The notes beneath the pieces were generated by a model that saw only the letters and a program-made list of their open reading frames with translations, had not been told where the DNA came from and made no database searches. From NCBI GenBank assembly GCA_041640635.1, contig JBEPZX010000006.1, forward strand, positions 16,586 through 80,585: DNA of 64,000 nucleotides, in the 5' to 3' direction. Positions 54,180-64,000 of this stretch are shown in pieces. Position numbers and translations under genes: made by a program. Within the stretch, counting starts at the first letter, position 1, and the number at the start of each line of letters is the position of its first letter. This stretch comes from Aquificaceae bacterium (GTDB lineage: Bacteria; Aquificota; Aquificia; Aquificales; Aquificaceae).

Positions 54180-55282
54180 TGTCTTATCCTTCTTATGCCT
54201 TCAAGTAAAACTTTTTCATCCTTTGTGTAAGCAAGTCTAATATGCTTTTTTGTATTGTTTTTTCCAAAATCTATACCAGGGGTTATAGCCACCTTAGTTT
54301 TTTCTAACAAATCCATACAAAAAGCGTAAGAATTTTCTGAATACTTCTCTATTGATGCCCATATATAGAAAGCCCCTTCAGGTTTTGCCTTTATGTCAAA
54401 GACTTCCTTTATGCCCTGATAGAGGGTATCTCTCCTTCTTTTAAATACGCTTTTCACATTTTTTAAGTGTTCGTAATCAAAGGCATGAATGGCTGCGTAC
54501 TGACTGAGTGTAGGTGCAGAAATGTAAAGATTTTGCAAGACTATTTCAGCCTTTCTTACTAGCTCTTGAGGCAAAACCATCCACCCTAAGCGAAATCCTG
54601 GCATGCAGAAAAACTTAGAAAATCCATTTATAACTATAGCTTTGTCAAAAAATTCAAGAACTGTTCTCTCCCTTTTTTCATAAACAAGACCGTGGTATAT
54701 TTCATCTGATATAAGATAAATCCCTCTGCTTTCGCAAAAATCACACAAATCTCTGAGTGTTTTATCATCATACAAAGTTCCTGTTGGATTTGATGGTGAA
54801 GATATATGAAGAGCTTTTATGTTATCCAAATCTCTCAGCATATCAAATGTTATTTGGTAATTGGTAGATTCGTCCACTGGCACAAAAACTGGCTCAATAC
54901 CTAACATATAGGCAAAGTTTTTGTAACATGGATACGATGGATCTGCTAGTGCTACTTTATCTCCAAAATCCATAACAATGCTATAAGCCACCAAAAAAGC
55001 TCCAGAAGTTCCCACGGTAATTGCTATTCTTTCCGGTGACACATCAATTCCATAGTAATTCCAGTAATGTTGAGATATTGCTTCTCGTAACTCTGGCAAA
55101 CCAAGCGATGAAGTGTAATAGAATTTTTTATCTTTTATCGCTTTTTCTAACGCTTGAATTACTTTTGGTGATGGCTCCAAATCAGGTTCACCAATTTCCA
55201 TATGCACTACATCATCGAGCAAACTTGCTTTTTGTAGAATATCCATAACTATGAAAGAAGAAAAATTACTTAGCCTTTTCAT
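54134..55282 (-). CDS. Class I/II PLP-dependent aminotransferase
   Basis: IGEPD, SPSNPTG, SDEIY, FSKFFCMPGFRLG. Confidence 0.92.
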   Translation of the reverse strand: MKRLSNFSSFIVMDILQKASLLDDVVHMEIGEPDLEPSPKVIQALEKAIKDKKFYYTSSLGLPELREAISQHYWNYYGIDVSPERIAITVGTSGAFLVAYSIVMDFGDKVALADPSYPCYKNFAYMLGIEPVFVPVDESTNYQITFDMLRDLDNIKALHISSPSNPTGTLYDDKTLRDLCDFCESRGIYLISDEIYHGLVYEKRERTVLEFFDKAIVINGFSKFFCMPGFRLGWMVLPQELVRKAEIVLQNLYISAPTLSQYAAIHAFDYEHLKNVKSVFKRRRDTLYQGIKEVFDIKAKPEGAFYIWASIEKYSENSYAFCMDLLEKTKVAITPGIDFGKNNTKKHIRLAYTKDEKVLLEGIRRIRHYVEELKREFHKSNP

Positions 55283-55541
55283 CCTTCCAGTTATCCAATA
55301 TGAATTTTGCTATTCCTACACCTCCAGCTTCAGCAAGTTTTTTACTTATGTTTTCTAAGAAGGTGTCATAGTAAAGTTTACTCTGAAAGGATTTGTTTTC
55401 CAAAATAGGTTTAAAAGCTTCTTTTAGGAACTCTTTAATTAATATAGCTTCAAACTCCTTAGCTGCTTCCTTTTTATCCTTTTTAAGTGTTTCTTGATAT
55501 CCAAGGGAGTTTATCAAGTAATCAATTTTTTTTGGCTCCAT
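55266..55541 (-). CDS. Rod-binding (FlgJ N-terminal-like) protein
   Basis: KEAAKEFEAIL...M-site, GGVGIAKFI. Confidence 0.75.
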   Translation of the reverse strand: MEPKKIDYLINSLGYQETLKKDKKEAAKEFEAILIKEFLKEAFKPILENKSFQSKLYYDTFLENISKKLAEAGGVGIAKFILDNWKDEKAK

Positions 55542-55564
55542 AGTATTAAAGTATAATCAAATTA

Positions 55565-56695
55565 ATGTTTTACATTCTCTTGATAAGCATGGTTCTGTCC
55601 ATAACTGTTTACGAAGCTTTCTTAATACTTTTTCTGCTGTTTTATTCTTACAGAGCATTAAAAGAAAGAAGAGTAAACTTAGGTAACTTAAGTATTCCTC
55701 TTATTCTATATGCCGTGCCAACTTTACTTTCCACAGTTATTTATGCATTTAAGGATCTTGGAAAAGGTGTAGAGAGAAGTTTATTACCTTTTTTGTCTTA
55801 TGTCCTAGGTGAAAGATTTAAGGTGGATTTCTACAAGGCTAACAAGCTTTTAGTTGTCTTGGGTCTTTTGGTGTTGCCTGTTGTTATGTATAAGATGAAC
55901 AAATTTGGCTTGCCAGCTCCTATTTGGGGTGGTGTTTTCGAAGTAGGCAATCTTTACATTCTTTTTGCTTTCTCAAGTCTTGCTCTATATTTGTATACAA
56001 GAAAAAAATTTTATCTTGTTTTGTTCTTCCTTTTTTCGTTTGTTATTTTTTTAAGCTTTAGGAGAAGCGCTTACCTTGTTTTTATGGCTAATTCAATAAT
56101 TACTCTGTGGCTTTTTAGAAATAGAGTTAGTAAGAAATTGGTAATTTTTCTATTAGGTGTGTTTTTTCTTAGTGCCTCCATATTGACAGTTTTTCTTATA
56201 GAAAAAGATTATAGATTCCAAGCGGTTTACCAAGTTATAAAAGGAGAAAAGGTTCTAGACGATGAGACGTTAGATAAAATGTCTAGTGGAAGATGGGGAC
56301 TTTTCAAGCAAGGCCTTCATATTATAAAGGAGGACATAAAAGAAGGTAACTTTTTAACCTTACTAATCGGACATGGCATAGAACCGAAGAAAAGGTTTGA
56401 AACTAATCCCGTTATAAACCAATATGAATCCATATTTATAGTTAGCGAACTGGTGGAAAAAGGTCTTCTAGGAACTTTGGGGATAATTTGGATTATGATT
56501 TCTTATTATTTGAACTTATTCAGATGCAAGCTTGAAAACCCTCTCGTATTGTCCTTTTTACTTGCCCTTAACATACAAGTTATCGGCGGGATATTTACAT
56601 TCTTTTGGGATGCTATGCTTCCCACCTTTTTGATAATGTATAAGTTAGCCCAGCAGCAAATAGAGTATGAAAAGATTAACTCAAATACTTTTTGA
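55565..56695 (+). CDS. O-antigen ligase-like (Wzy_C) membrane protein
   Basis: Multi-[27 protein letters not shown]. Confidence 0.7.
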   Translation: MFYILLISMVLSITVYEAFLILFLLFYSYRALKERRVNLGNLSIPLILYAVPTLLSTVIYAFKDLGKGVERSLLPFLSYVLGERFKVDFYKANKLLVVLGLLVLPVVMYKMNKFGLPAPIWGGVFEVGNLYILFAFSSLALYLYTRKKFYLVLFFLFSFVIFLSFRRSAYLVFMANSIITLWLFRNRVSKKLVIFLLGVFFLSASILTVFLIEKDYRFQAVYQVIKGEKVLDDETLDKMSSGRWGLFKQGLHIIKEDIKEGNFLTLLIGHGIEPKKRFETNPVINQYESIFIVSELVEKGLLGTLGIIWIMISYYLNLFRCKLENPLVLSFLLALNIQVIGGIFTFFWDAMLPTFLIMYKLAQQQIEYEKINSNTF

Positions 56696-59447
56696 GATAC
56701 ATACCTGTGTATGAGTTTGGATTTTTGGCAATATCTTCTGGAGTGCCTTGCGCTACTATGTAACCTCCATCCTTCCCACCTTCTGGTCCAAGGTCTATAA
56801 TCCAATCAGCACACTTTATAACATCCAAGTTGTGTTCTATAACAACTACTGTGTTACCTTTCTCTACAAGTCTCTGAAGCACATCTATTAACTTTTTTAC
56901 ATCGTCCATATGTAGACCTGTGGTTGGTTCATCCAAAAGGTAAAGGGTCTTACCTGTTTCCTTTTTAGAGAGCTCCCTGGCTAATTTTATCCTCTGCGCT
57001 TCGCCACCTGAAAGGGTCGTAGCTGGCTGTCCTAGTTTTATGTAACCTAGTCCTACATCTTTTAAGAATTCCAGTTTCCGTCTTATAGGAGTGTGGTGAT
57101 AAAAGAATTCGTAAGCCTCGTCTACTGTCAGTTCTAAAATATCGGATATGTTTTTCCCTTTGTATGTTACGTCTAAGGTCTCTTTATTGTATCGCTTTCC
57201 TTTGCAAACGTCGCAAGTAACGTAAACTGGAGGTAAAAAGTGCATCTCTACCTTTATCACACCTTCACCTTGGCATGCTTCGCATCTTCCTCCTTTTACA
57301 TTAAAGGAAAACCTACCCGCTGTGTATCCCCTAGCTTTCGCTTCTGGTGTAGAGGCAAAGAGCTCCCTTATGTAGTCGAAAACCTTTATGTAGGTTGCAG
57401 GATTGCTGCGCGGTGTTCTACCTATGGGAGATTGGTCCACATTTATGACCTTCTCAAAGTGTTCGAGCCCTTCTATGGAGTCAAATCCTTCTATAGAAAC
57501 ACCGCTTCCGTAAAAGAGAGCTCTTGCATAGTTCCAAAGTATGTCGTATATGAGTGTGGATTTTCCACTTCCAGACACACCTGTTATACAAACAAACAAG
57601 CCTAATGGTATGTTTACATCTACGTTCTTTAAGTTGTGTAGTCTCGCTCGCTTTACCTTTAGGAAGAGGTTGCCAAGGGATCTTCTCTTCTTTGGAACTT
57701 CTATGTAAAGCTTCTTGGAAAGGTACATGCCAGTTAATGAATTTTTGGAGTTTTTAATATCTTCAACAGTTCCTTGAGCTATCACTTGACCACCGTTTTT
57801 TCCAGCTCCAGGACCCATATCTATAATCCAGTCAGCTGCCATTATGGTTTCTGGATCGTGCTCCACTACTATTACGGTATTTCCAAGGTCTCTCAGGCTT
57901 TTGAGTGTATTTATGAGTTTTTCCGTATCTCTTGGATGGAGACCTATGGAAGGTTCATCTAGGACATACAAAACACCTGTGAGTTTGGAACCTATCTGAG
58001 TGGCAAGTCTTATACGCTGCATCTCGCCACCTGAGAGGGTTGTGGCGCTTCTCGAAAGTTCTAGATAATCTAAACCTACATTTAAGAGAAATCCTAGTCT
58101 ATCCAAGATTTCCTTTATGAGTCTCTCTCCTATGATCAGATCCTTCCCAGATAGATTCTTAAGCAAGCTTTCAAAAAAATCTACCTCTTGCTTTATAGGT
58201 AGTTGTACTATATCCCATATACTTTTCTCCATAACCTTGACAGCGAGCGCTTCTTCTCTTAAGCGTGAACCTCTGCAGGTAGGGCACACCTTCTCCCGTA
58301 TAAACTCTTCTATTTCTTCTCTTATCTTCTCTGAATCTATCTCTTCCATGAATCTTCTCTCTAAGTGCGGAATTATACCTTCGAACTCTGATCCCTCCAA
58401 AGTGCCTCCATAAAGAATAAAGCTCTTTACGCTCTGTGGTAGTTCTTTAAATAGAGTCCTTGGATCGTAACCCAGTCTCCTGAGAGTGTTCAAGATGGGA
58501 TACTTAAGGTAATTAAAGTAAGTTGAGTCTGTTATCTTTATAGCGTCTACCGCTCTCTCTGATTCGTCTACAAGAAGCTTTATATCTATCTCCCACTTTA
58601 TTCCTAAACCCTTACATGTAGGGCATGCACCATAAGGGGAGTTGAAAGAAAATAGGCGAGGTGAAATTTCGGGTATGGAAAAGCCGTGATCTGGACACGT
58701 GAGTTTTTCGCTAAATACTTCCTCTTTGGAGCTCTCTACATCTTCGATTTTGACAAGCCCACCGGAAAGTTCTAAGGCTTTCTCTATGGCATTGAGGCAT
58801 CTGGCTCTCTCCTCTTCTTCCAAAACTAGCCTATCTATAACTACATCTATGTTGTGCTTTTTATTCTTTTCTAAAGGTGGAACTTCCAAAACCCTCTTGT
58901 ACTGACCGTCCACCTTGACTCTAGAAAATCCCATTCTATCTAAGTCTCTAAAGGTGTCTCTAAACTCTCCCTTTTTCCCTCTCACTAAAGGGGACAGAAT
59001 AACTATGCGCCTGTCTTTGTAATGCTCCCACAGCTTCTGGAGTATTTCGTGTGCTGACAGTCCTTCCAGTGGTCTGGAGCATATGGGACATTGGGATTTT
59101 CCTATGTTTGCCCACAGAACCCTCATATAGTCGTATATTTCGGTGACTGTTCCTACGGTGGATCGGGGATTTTTGGATGTGGTTTTTTGGTCTATGGCTA
59201 TGGCGGGGGATAGTCCTTCTATCACATCCACATCAGGCTTTTCCATCATACCCAAAAACTGTCTTGCGTAAGAAGATAGGGACTCTACATACCTTCTGTG
59301 ACCTTCTGCGTATATGGTATCAAAAGCTAGTGTGGACTTTCCAGAACCTGAAGGACCTGTTATAACCACAAGTTTATACTTAGGTATTTCTAATTCAATG
59401 TTTTTGAGGTTGTGTTGCCTTGCACCTTTTATGACTATTTTACCCAT
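56676..59447 (-). CDS. uvrA: Excinuclease ABC subunit A
   Basis: GARQHNLKN, two Walker A and LSGGE motifs, Zn fingers; start moved to ATG 59447. Confidence 0.97.
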   Translation of the reverse strand: MGKIVIKGARQHNLKNIELEIPKYKLVVITGPSGSGKSTLAFDTIYAEGHRRYVESLSSYARQFLGMMEKPDVDVIEGLSPAIAIDQKTTSKNPRSTVGTVTEIYDYMRVLWANIGKSQCPICSRPLEGLSAHEILQKLWEHYKDRRIVILSPLVRGKKGEFRDTFRDLDRMGFSRVKVDGQYKRVLEVPPLEKNKKHNIDVVIDRLVLEEEERARCLNAIEKALELSGGLVKIEDVESSKEEVFSEKLTCPDHGFSIPEISPRLFSFNSPYGACPTCKGLGIKWEIDIKLLVDESERAVDAIKITDSTYFNYLKYPILNTLRRLGYDPRTLFKELPQSVKSFILYGGTLEGSEFEGIIPHLERRFMEEIDSEKIREEIEEFIREKVCPTCRGSRLREEALAVKVMEKSIWDIVQLPIKQEVDFFESLLKNLSGKDLIIGERLIKEILDRLGFLLNVGLDYLELSRSATTLSGGEMQRIRLATQIGSKLTGVLYVLDEPSIGLHPRDTEKLINTLKSLRDLGNTVIVVEHDPETIMAADWIIDMGPGAGKNGGQVIAQGTVEDIKNSKNSLTGMYLSKKLYIEVPKKRRSLGNLFLKVKRARLHNLKNVDVNIPLGLFVCITGVSGSGKSTLIYDILWNYARALFYGSGVSIEGFDSIEGLEHFEKVINVDQSPIGRTPRSNPATYIKVFDYIRELFASTPEAKARGYTAGRFSFNVKGGRCEACQGEGVIKVEMHFLPPVYVTCDVCKGKRYNKETLDVTYKGKNISDILELTVDEAYEFFYHHTPIRRKLEFLKDVGLGYIKLGQPATTLSGGEAQRIKLARELSKKETGKTLYLLDEPTTGLHMDDVKKLIDVLQRLVEKGNTVVVIEHNLDVIKCADWIIDLGPEGGKDGGYIVAQGTPEDIAKNPNSYTGMYLKKYLS

Positions 59448-59536
59448 AAACTGATTGTTATACATTGACCTGATCAATTCCATACTTATAAACAAAGTGT
59501 AAGTTTAAATTTTAAAACAAAAAGGAGGAAAAACCA

Positions 59537-59749
59537 ATGAGCAAAATATTTAATAAAGAGGATCTTAAGAATAAAGCTATATTAACAAAGAGTGGAGATT
59601 TACCTGAAAAAATAGAAATCGATGATAATTCAATAAAAATCTACAAACCAGATGGCGTAGAAGAAATACCTGCTAATAGTATGCGAGGTAAGGCAATTAA
59701 AGACAGGTTGGAGTTTTCAGGCGAGCTTACGCAAGAAATATACGTATAG
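59537..59749 (+). CDS. Hypothetical small protein (70 aa)
   Basis: Strong AAGGAGG RBS, ATG; no recognised family. Confidence 0.8.
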   Translation: MSKIFNKEDLKNKAILTKSGDLPEKIEIDDNSIKIYKPDGVEEIPANSMRGKAIKDRLEFSGELTQEIYV

Positions 59750-59779
59750 CTTATAATTATAATTAATTGTGGATATTTA

Positions 59780-59875
<96 letters not shown>

Positions 59876-59882
59876 TTTAAAA

Positions 59883-60956
59883 ATGCCAAAAATAAAGGAC
59901 TATTATGAAGTTTTAGGTGTAGATAGGAAATCCACACAAGAAGAAGTAAAAAAAGCATACAGAAGACTTGCCAAGGAGTGGCATCCTGATGTAAATCCAG
60001 ACCCAAAGGCAAAGGAAATTTTTAGAGAGATAAACGAAGCTTATTATGTTCTGTCTGATGAAACAAGGAGACAAGAATACGATAACATACTCAGCAGTGG
60101 TGATGAAAAGAAGTATAAGGACTTTTTAGAGTACATAAATGAATTTGTAGAGAGCATACTTCATGGAGTTAGAAGACAACCTAAACCAAGAAAAGGAGGC
60201 GATATAAGATTAAAACTTGAAATTTCCCTGGAAGAAGGTGCATTCGGTTGTGAAAAAGAATTAGAGTATGAAAGATGGATAGACTGCCCTACGTGTAGTG
60301 GAAGGGGTTTTTATGGAGAATTACAAAAAGAGCAGTGCCAAGCTTGCAACGGTACAGGAAGACGTGTAAGCGGTATCTTCAGTTTTCCAAGACCTTGTTC
60401 TGTATGCAAAGGAAGAGGATACATTATAAAAAATCCTTGTCCTACATGTGGTGGAAGAGGAAGAATAGCAAAACACAGCGCTGTAAAGATAAGTGTTCCA
60501 CCTGGGACTGACGATGGTGATGTTTTAAAAGTTTTGGGCTTTGGACATTACGGAGAAAGGGGAGGCGAAAGTGGAGATCTCTACGTGAGGATAATGCTAA
60601 AACCTCACCAAGTATTTAAAAAAGTTGGCAAAGATTTACATTTGGAAAAACTCATATCTTTCCCATTAGCTGTCTTAGGTGGGACTTTAAAAGTCCCTAC
60701 ATTGGAGGGTAAAGAAGTTGAAATATTTATCCAACCAGGTACAGAAAGCGGTTCGACTAAGACTTTACCAGGGCTTGGATACCCTACAGGTAATACAAGG
60801 GGGAACTTGGTTGTAAACCTTCGTATACAAGTGCCAAAAGATATAAATTCCAAGACAAGAGACTTACTCTTAAAGTTAGCAAAAGAACTTGGAGAAGAAG
60901 GAGTATCTTATGGTCCTTCCTTGTCCGAAAAAATAAGGTCTATTCTTCGTTTTTAG
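59883..60956 (+). CDS. dnaJ: DnaJ-family chaperone (J domain, Zn finger, C-terminal domain)
   Basis: [11 protein letters not shown], four CxxCxGxG repeats. Confidence 0.9.
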   Translation: MPKIKDYYEVLGVDRKSTQEEVKKAYRRLAKEWHPDVNPDPKAKEIFREINEAYYVLSDETRRQEYDNILSSGDEKKYKDFLEYINEFVESILHGVRRQPKPRKGGDIRLKLEISLEEGAFGCEKELEYERWIDCPTCSGRGFYGELQKEQCQACNGTGRRVSGIFSFPRPCSVCKGRGYIIKNPCPTCGGRGRIAKHSAVKISVPPGTDDGDVLKVLGFGHYGERGGESGDLYVRIMLKPHQVFKKVGKDLHLEKLISFPLAVLGGTLKVPTLEGKEVEIFIQPGTESGSTKTLPGLGYPTGNTRGNLVVNLRIQVPKDINSKTRDLLLKLAKELGEEGVSYGPSLSEKIRSILRF

Positions 60957-62142
60957 AATCTGTTTCTAGTCTCTCCCCTAGATAATCGGCTAAATGCATA
61001 ACTCTTTGACCAGTTTTGAACTTTTTGGCTCCATCTCGTAAGTTTAGAACACATCCAGGACATGCTGTTAAAACAATATCAGCTTCCGTCTTTTTTAGAT
61101 CTTCGATTTTTTCCTTTTGTATTTGGTTAGCCAGATCTGGTTGTGTTACAGAAAACAAGCCAGCGAATCCACAACAAGACTGAGCTTTTTCCGCTTCGAT
61201 TAGAGTATCATTATCAACTTTCTTAATAGTGCCGTAAAAAACATCCGGTTTAACTTTCATAGCAGAATAAGAGTGGCAAGGTACATGAAAAGTAACCCTT
61301 TCCTTGTTTCCTTTAAACTTTAGTGAACTATCAAAGATCAATTCTGCAAATTCATAAACTTTTTTATCTAAACAGTAATCTTCCTGTAGAGCACCACCAC
61401 ATGTAGGACATACTACAACTACAGCATCGTAATGGTATTTTGCCATCTCCTTTATGTTGTGATTCTTTAATTTCTCAAAAGCGTCTGTATTTCCAGAGTA
61501 GTAGTGTGGCGCTCCACAACACCTTATATCTTCAGGAACTATAACTGTATAACCTGCTTTATTTAGAACCTTTATAGCATTCTCTCCAGTTTTACCATAA
61601 AAGGCATCTACCATGCAACCTGTGAAAAAAAGAAGTTTCGCTTTCTCTTCCTCTGCCTTAAACACTTTCCCTCTAAGTCCAAATGCTTTTGCAGATGGTT
61701 TTGGCATAAACTTTACGGCACCTGTTGGGAAAGGAACTTTTATTTCTTTGTTAGGTAACAAAGATAAAGCTTTACCCATAAGGGTAGTTACTTTTCTCCC
61801 TACATTGGACTGAAGTAGTTCTAAGCTTTTTAACCCTATATTCTTTACAAGGGATGAACCAAGTTTTTCTTTCTGAAGTTCTTTAGCCTTGACCATTATG
61901 TCTTTATAATGCACATCGTTTGGGCAAATCCACTCGCATCTTCTACACATAGCACACTGGTCCCACTGCTCGGCTATTTCTTTATCGAGGACCAATTCAC
62001 CGTTTATAACCATTTCAGCAAGAGCTAATCTTCCACGCGCATAACCCCGTTCTTCTTCTATGATTGGATATGTTGGACAGACTGACTTACAAAGACCACA
62101 TTTTACACACTTCTGAGCCAGTTCCAAAGGAATTTCTACCAT
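60940..62142 (-). CDS. glcF: Glycolate/lactate oxidase Fe-S subunit (GlcF-like)
   Basis: Two CxxCxxCxxxCP motifs, two CCG domains; start moved to ATG 62142. Confidence 0.85.
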   Translation of the reverse strand: MVEIPLELAQKCVKCGLCKSVCPTYPIIEEERGYARGRLALAEMVINGELVLDKEIAEQWDQCAMCRRCEWICPNDVHYKDIMVKAKELQKEKLGSSLVKNIGLKSLELLQSNVGRKVTTLMGKALSLLPNKEIKVPFPTGAVKFMPKPSAKAFGLRGKVFKAEEEKAKLLFFTGCMVDAFYGKTGENAIKVLNKAGYTVIVPEDIRCCGAPHYYSGNTDAFEKLKNHNIKEMAKYHYDAVVVVCPTCGGALQEDYCLDKKVYEFAELIFDSSLKFKGNKERVTFHVPCHSYSAMKVKPDVFYGTIKKVDNDTLIEAEKAQSCCGFAGLFSVTQPDLANQIQKEKIEDLKKTEADIVLTACPGCVLNLRDGAKKFKTGQRVMHLADYLGERLETDSKNEE

Positions 62143-62211
62143 AGCTATATGTTTAAAGCTAATAGGTTTGTCAATAAATAAAATGATTTTAAACATCCAA
62201 ATAGATAAAGG

Positions 62212-62258
62212 ATAAGAAAAACTTATATTTGTCATAAGTAAGTCTTATATTTTATAAT
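62212..62258 (+). promoter_or_regulatory. Tandem LysR-type operators ATAAG-N5-CTTAT (62212-62226, 62234-62248) and -10 TATAAT (62253-62258)
   Basis: Two perfect dyads obeying T-N11-A, 22 bp apart, upstream of the LysR gene. Confidence 0.7.
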
Positions 62259-62267
62259 TAGATTCGT

Positions 62268-63173
62268 ATGATTGACATTAGCAAGCTAAAAACTTTTGTA
62301 GCTGTAGCAGATCTTGGTAGCTTTTCAAGAGCATCGGAAATACTCTATATAACTCAACCTGCCGTTACTCAGCAAATAAAAGCTTTAGAAAAAATAGTAG
62401 GTGCCAGGTTGTTTCAAAGACAAGGCGGAAAGATCGTTCTAACCGACGAAGGGCATAGGATATATCAGGCTGCTAAGGCTTTACTGGGTGACTACGAAAG
62501 TCTAATGGAAGAAATGGCAAAGATAAAAAAGGATTTTAAAGATTTGCTCTTCATAGGTATAAGTACAACGCTGAGTGAGTTCCTAATTCCAGAACTTATA
62601 GTGGAGTTTCATCTACAGATGCCCAATATAAACATTAAGGTTTTTGTGGAAAATTCACAACAAATAGAGGAAGGTTTGACATCGGGTGTTTTAAATGTGG
62701 GTATCATAGAAAGAGAGCCATCCGATAAGTTTGCTTCCGTAAAATGGTTCAGCGACGATGTTATTTTCTTTACTTATCCTGAGCATCCCTTTGCAAAAAA
62801 GGGTGTCATAGAGCCAGAAGAACTCTACGAAGTGGACCTAATATTTAGAGAACCAAGTTCTGGAACACGCAGAGTAGTTAAAGAAAAACTTGATGAGCTG
62901 GGCATAATCTTTGAAAAGCTCAGAATTAAAGTAGAAATAAACTGCGGAAGGTCTATACTTAGTATGGTTAAATTAGGATACGGTGCAAGCTTTTTATCAA
63001 AAGGCATACTACAAAAGGATCTCGATGCTGGGAATATTGTCGAGGTAAAAATTAAAGGATTCAATGCCAGCAGGTGGTATTACATAATCCATCCAGAAGG
63101 TTCTAGACCCACATTTCTTGCAAGTAAGTTTATGAAGTTTTTACTTTCCAAGTCTAGCCAACTATGCACCTAG
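62268..63173 (+). CDS. LysR-family transcriptional regulator (CysL/CmpR-like)
   Basis: GSFSRAS..LYITQPAVTQQIKALE HTH; REPSSGTR. Confidence 0.93.
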   Translation: MIDISKLKTFVAVADLGSFSRASEILYITQPAVTQQIKALEKIVGARLFQRQGGKIVLTDEGHRIYQAAKALLGDYESLMEEMAKIKKDFKDLLFIGISTTLSEFLIPELIVEFHLQMPNINIKVFVENSQQIEEGLTSGVLNVGIIEREPSDKFASVKWFSDDVIFFTYPEHPFAKKGVIEPEELYEVDLIFREPSSGTRRVVKEKLDELGIIFEKLRIKVEINCGRSILSMVKLGYGASFLSKGILQKDLDAGNIVEVKIKGFNASRWYYIIHPEGSRPTFLASKFMKFLLSKSSQLCT

Positions 63174-63838
63174 GTGTAATATTCGACGTAGACGGTGTAA
63201 TAATAGATGTCAGCAACTCTTACCATTATTGCATAAAGGAAACTGCGCAATTTTTCCTAAATAAAGAGCTGGATATAAATGAAGTTAGAAGATTAAAATT
63301 TGAGAGTGGTATAAACAACGACTATCTGGCAACACTTCACGTAATAAGACACTTTGGTAAGGACGCTAATCTAGAGGACGTTATACGAACCTTTGACAAC
63401 ACATACAAAAGCCTGAGGGATAAGGAAAGACTTATCCTGAACCACGACTTTTTCAAAAGCTTAAAGGAAAAAAACTTAAAACTTGGTATTCTTACGGGTA
63501 GACCAAGGCAAGATCTCACATACGCCTTCGAAAGATTTGATCTGTTTAAATACTTTGATTGCATAGTGGATGATGATACCATAGAGGATCCCAATCTTAG
63601 AAAACCGCATCCATATGCTCTTTATTTCTGCATTAGCTCCATGAATCTCTCAAAGGCGGTTTACATAGGTGATAGTCTATCAGACTATAAAATGTGGATT
63701 GAGTATAAAAATCTACACGAGCGACCTATGGTAACTTACATACACTTTGGATCCAATACGGATATACAAGGTGTTGTAAAGGCAAAGAACCAAGAAGAGC
63801 TCACTCAAGCTCTGCAAGAGGTTTTGCATACTCCTTAG
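63164..63838 (+). CDS. HAD-superfamily hydrolase
   Basis: FDVDGV, LTGRP, KPHP, YIGDS..D. Confidence 0.9.
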   Translation: MHLGVIFDVDGVIIDVSNSYHYCIKETAQFFLNKELDINEVRRLKFESGINNDYLATLHVIRHFGKDANLEDVIRTFDNTYKSLRDKERLILNHDFFKSLKEKNLKLGILTGRPRQDLTYAFERFDLFKYFDCIVDDDTIEDPNLRKPHPYALYFCISSMNLSKAVYIGDSLSDYKMWIEYKNLHERPMVTYIHFGSNTDIQGVVKAKNQEELTQALQEVLHTP

Positions 63839-63977
63839 TTAGGAGTGGTATACCCTCTTCTATTGGGTAAAATACCTTACAGTTTTGGCATACCAAGACA
63901 TCCTTTTCCTGGATATAATCTAAACTACCTTTACATATAGGACATGCAAGGATAGACAAAAGTTCATTATCAATCAT
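63801..63977 (-). CDS. Trm112-family (YcaR-like) Zn-ribbon protein, 58 aa
   Basis: Not in ORF track; my translation MIDNELLSILACPICKGSLDYIQEKDVLVCQNCKVFYPIEEGIPLLTKEYAKPLAELE*; AAGGAG RBS. Confidence 0.9.
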   Translation of the reverse strand: MIDNELLSILACPICKGSLDYIQEKDVLVCQNCKVFYPIEEGIPLLTKEYAKPLAELE

Positions 63978-64000
63978 TTCTCCTTTTCATACTCCCAAAG
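63974..64000 (-). CDS. 3' end of an unidentified gene entering from beyond the window
   Basis: Open frame ...LWEYEKEK* with TGA overlapping the Trm112 ATG (ATGA). Confidence 0.45.
   Translation of the reverse strand, partial: LWEYEKEK

Overview
Gene-dense, AT-rich chromosomal window from an Aquificaceae bacterium (Hydrogenobacter/Thermocrinis-like). The assignment rests on citryl-CoA synthetase ccsAB of the reverse TCA cycle, an Aquifex-type CC-adding tRNA nucleotidyltransferase, RNase HIII and a stand-alone MnmD. It holds about 65 mostly housekeeping CDS, four tRNA genes (Leu-CAA, Asn-GTT, Ser-CGA, Ser-GGA), an A2-type cytochrome c oxidase cluster with assembly genes and a family 1 encapsulin. 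I saw no mobile element, prophage or CRISPR array. The best candidate for an undescribed system is the minus-strand cluster at 46622-49649. It encodes a membrane-anchored coiled-coil protein ending in a RelE-like domain with no antitoxin, then an aRF1/eRF1/Pelota-fold protein lacking GGQ, then an NYN ribonuclease with an amphipathic C-terminal helix coupled to ribF. This could be a membrane-associated ribosome/mRNA quality-control module. Other points of note: pervasive leaderless and bidirectional -10 promoters, SD-less genes starting 7-12 nt after each tRNA, an FNR-like box at about -41.5 of the cox operon, a degenerate COX1 paralogue and an unannotated 37-aa membrane peptide. All family assignments come from motif recognition by eye; no searches were run.
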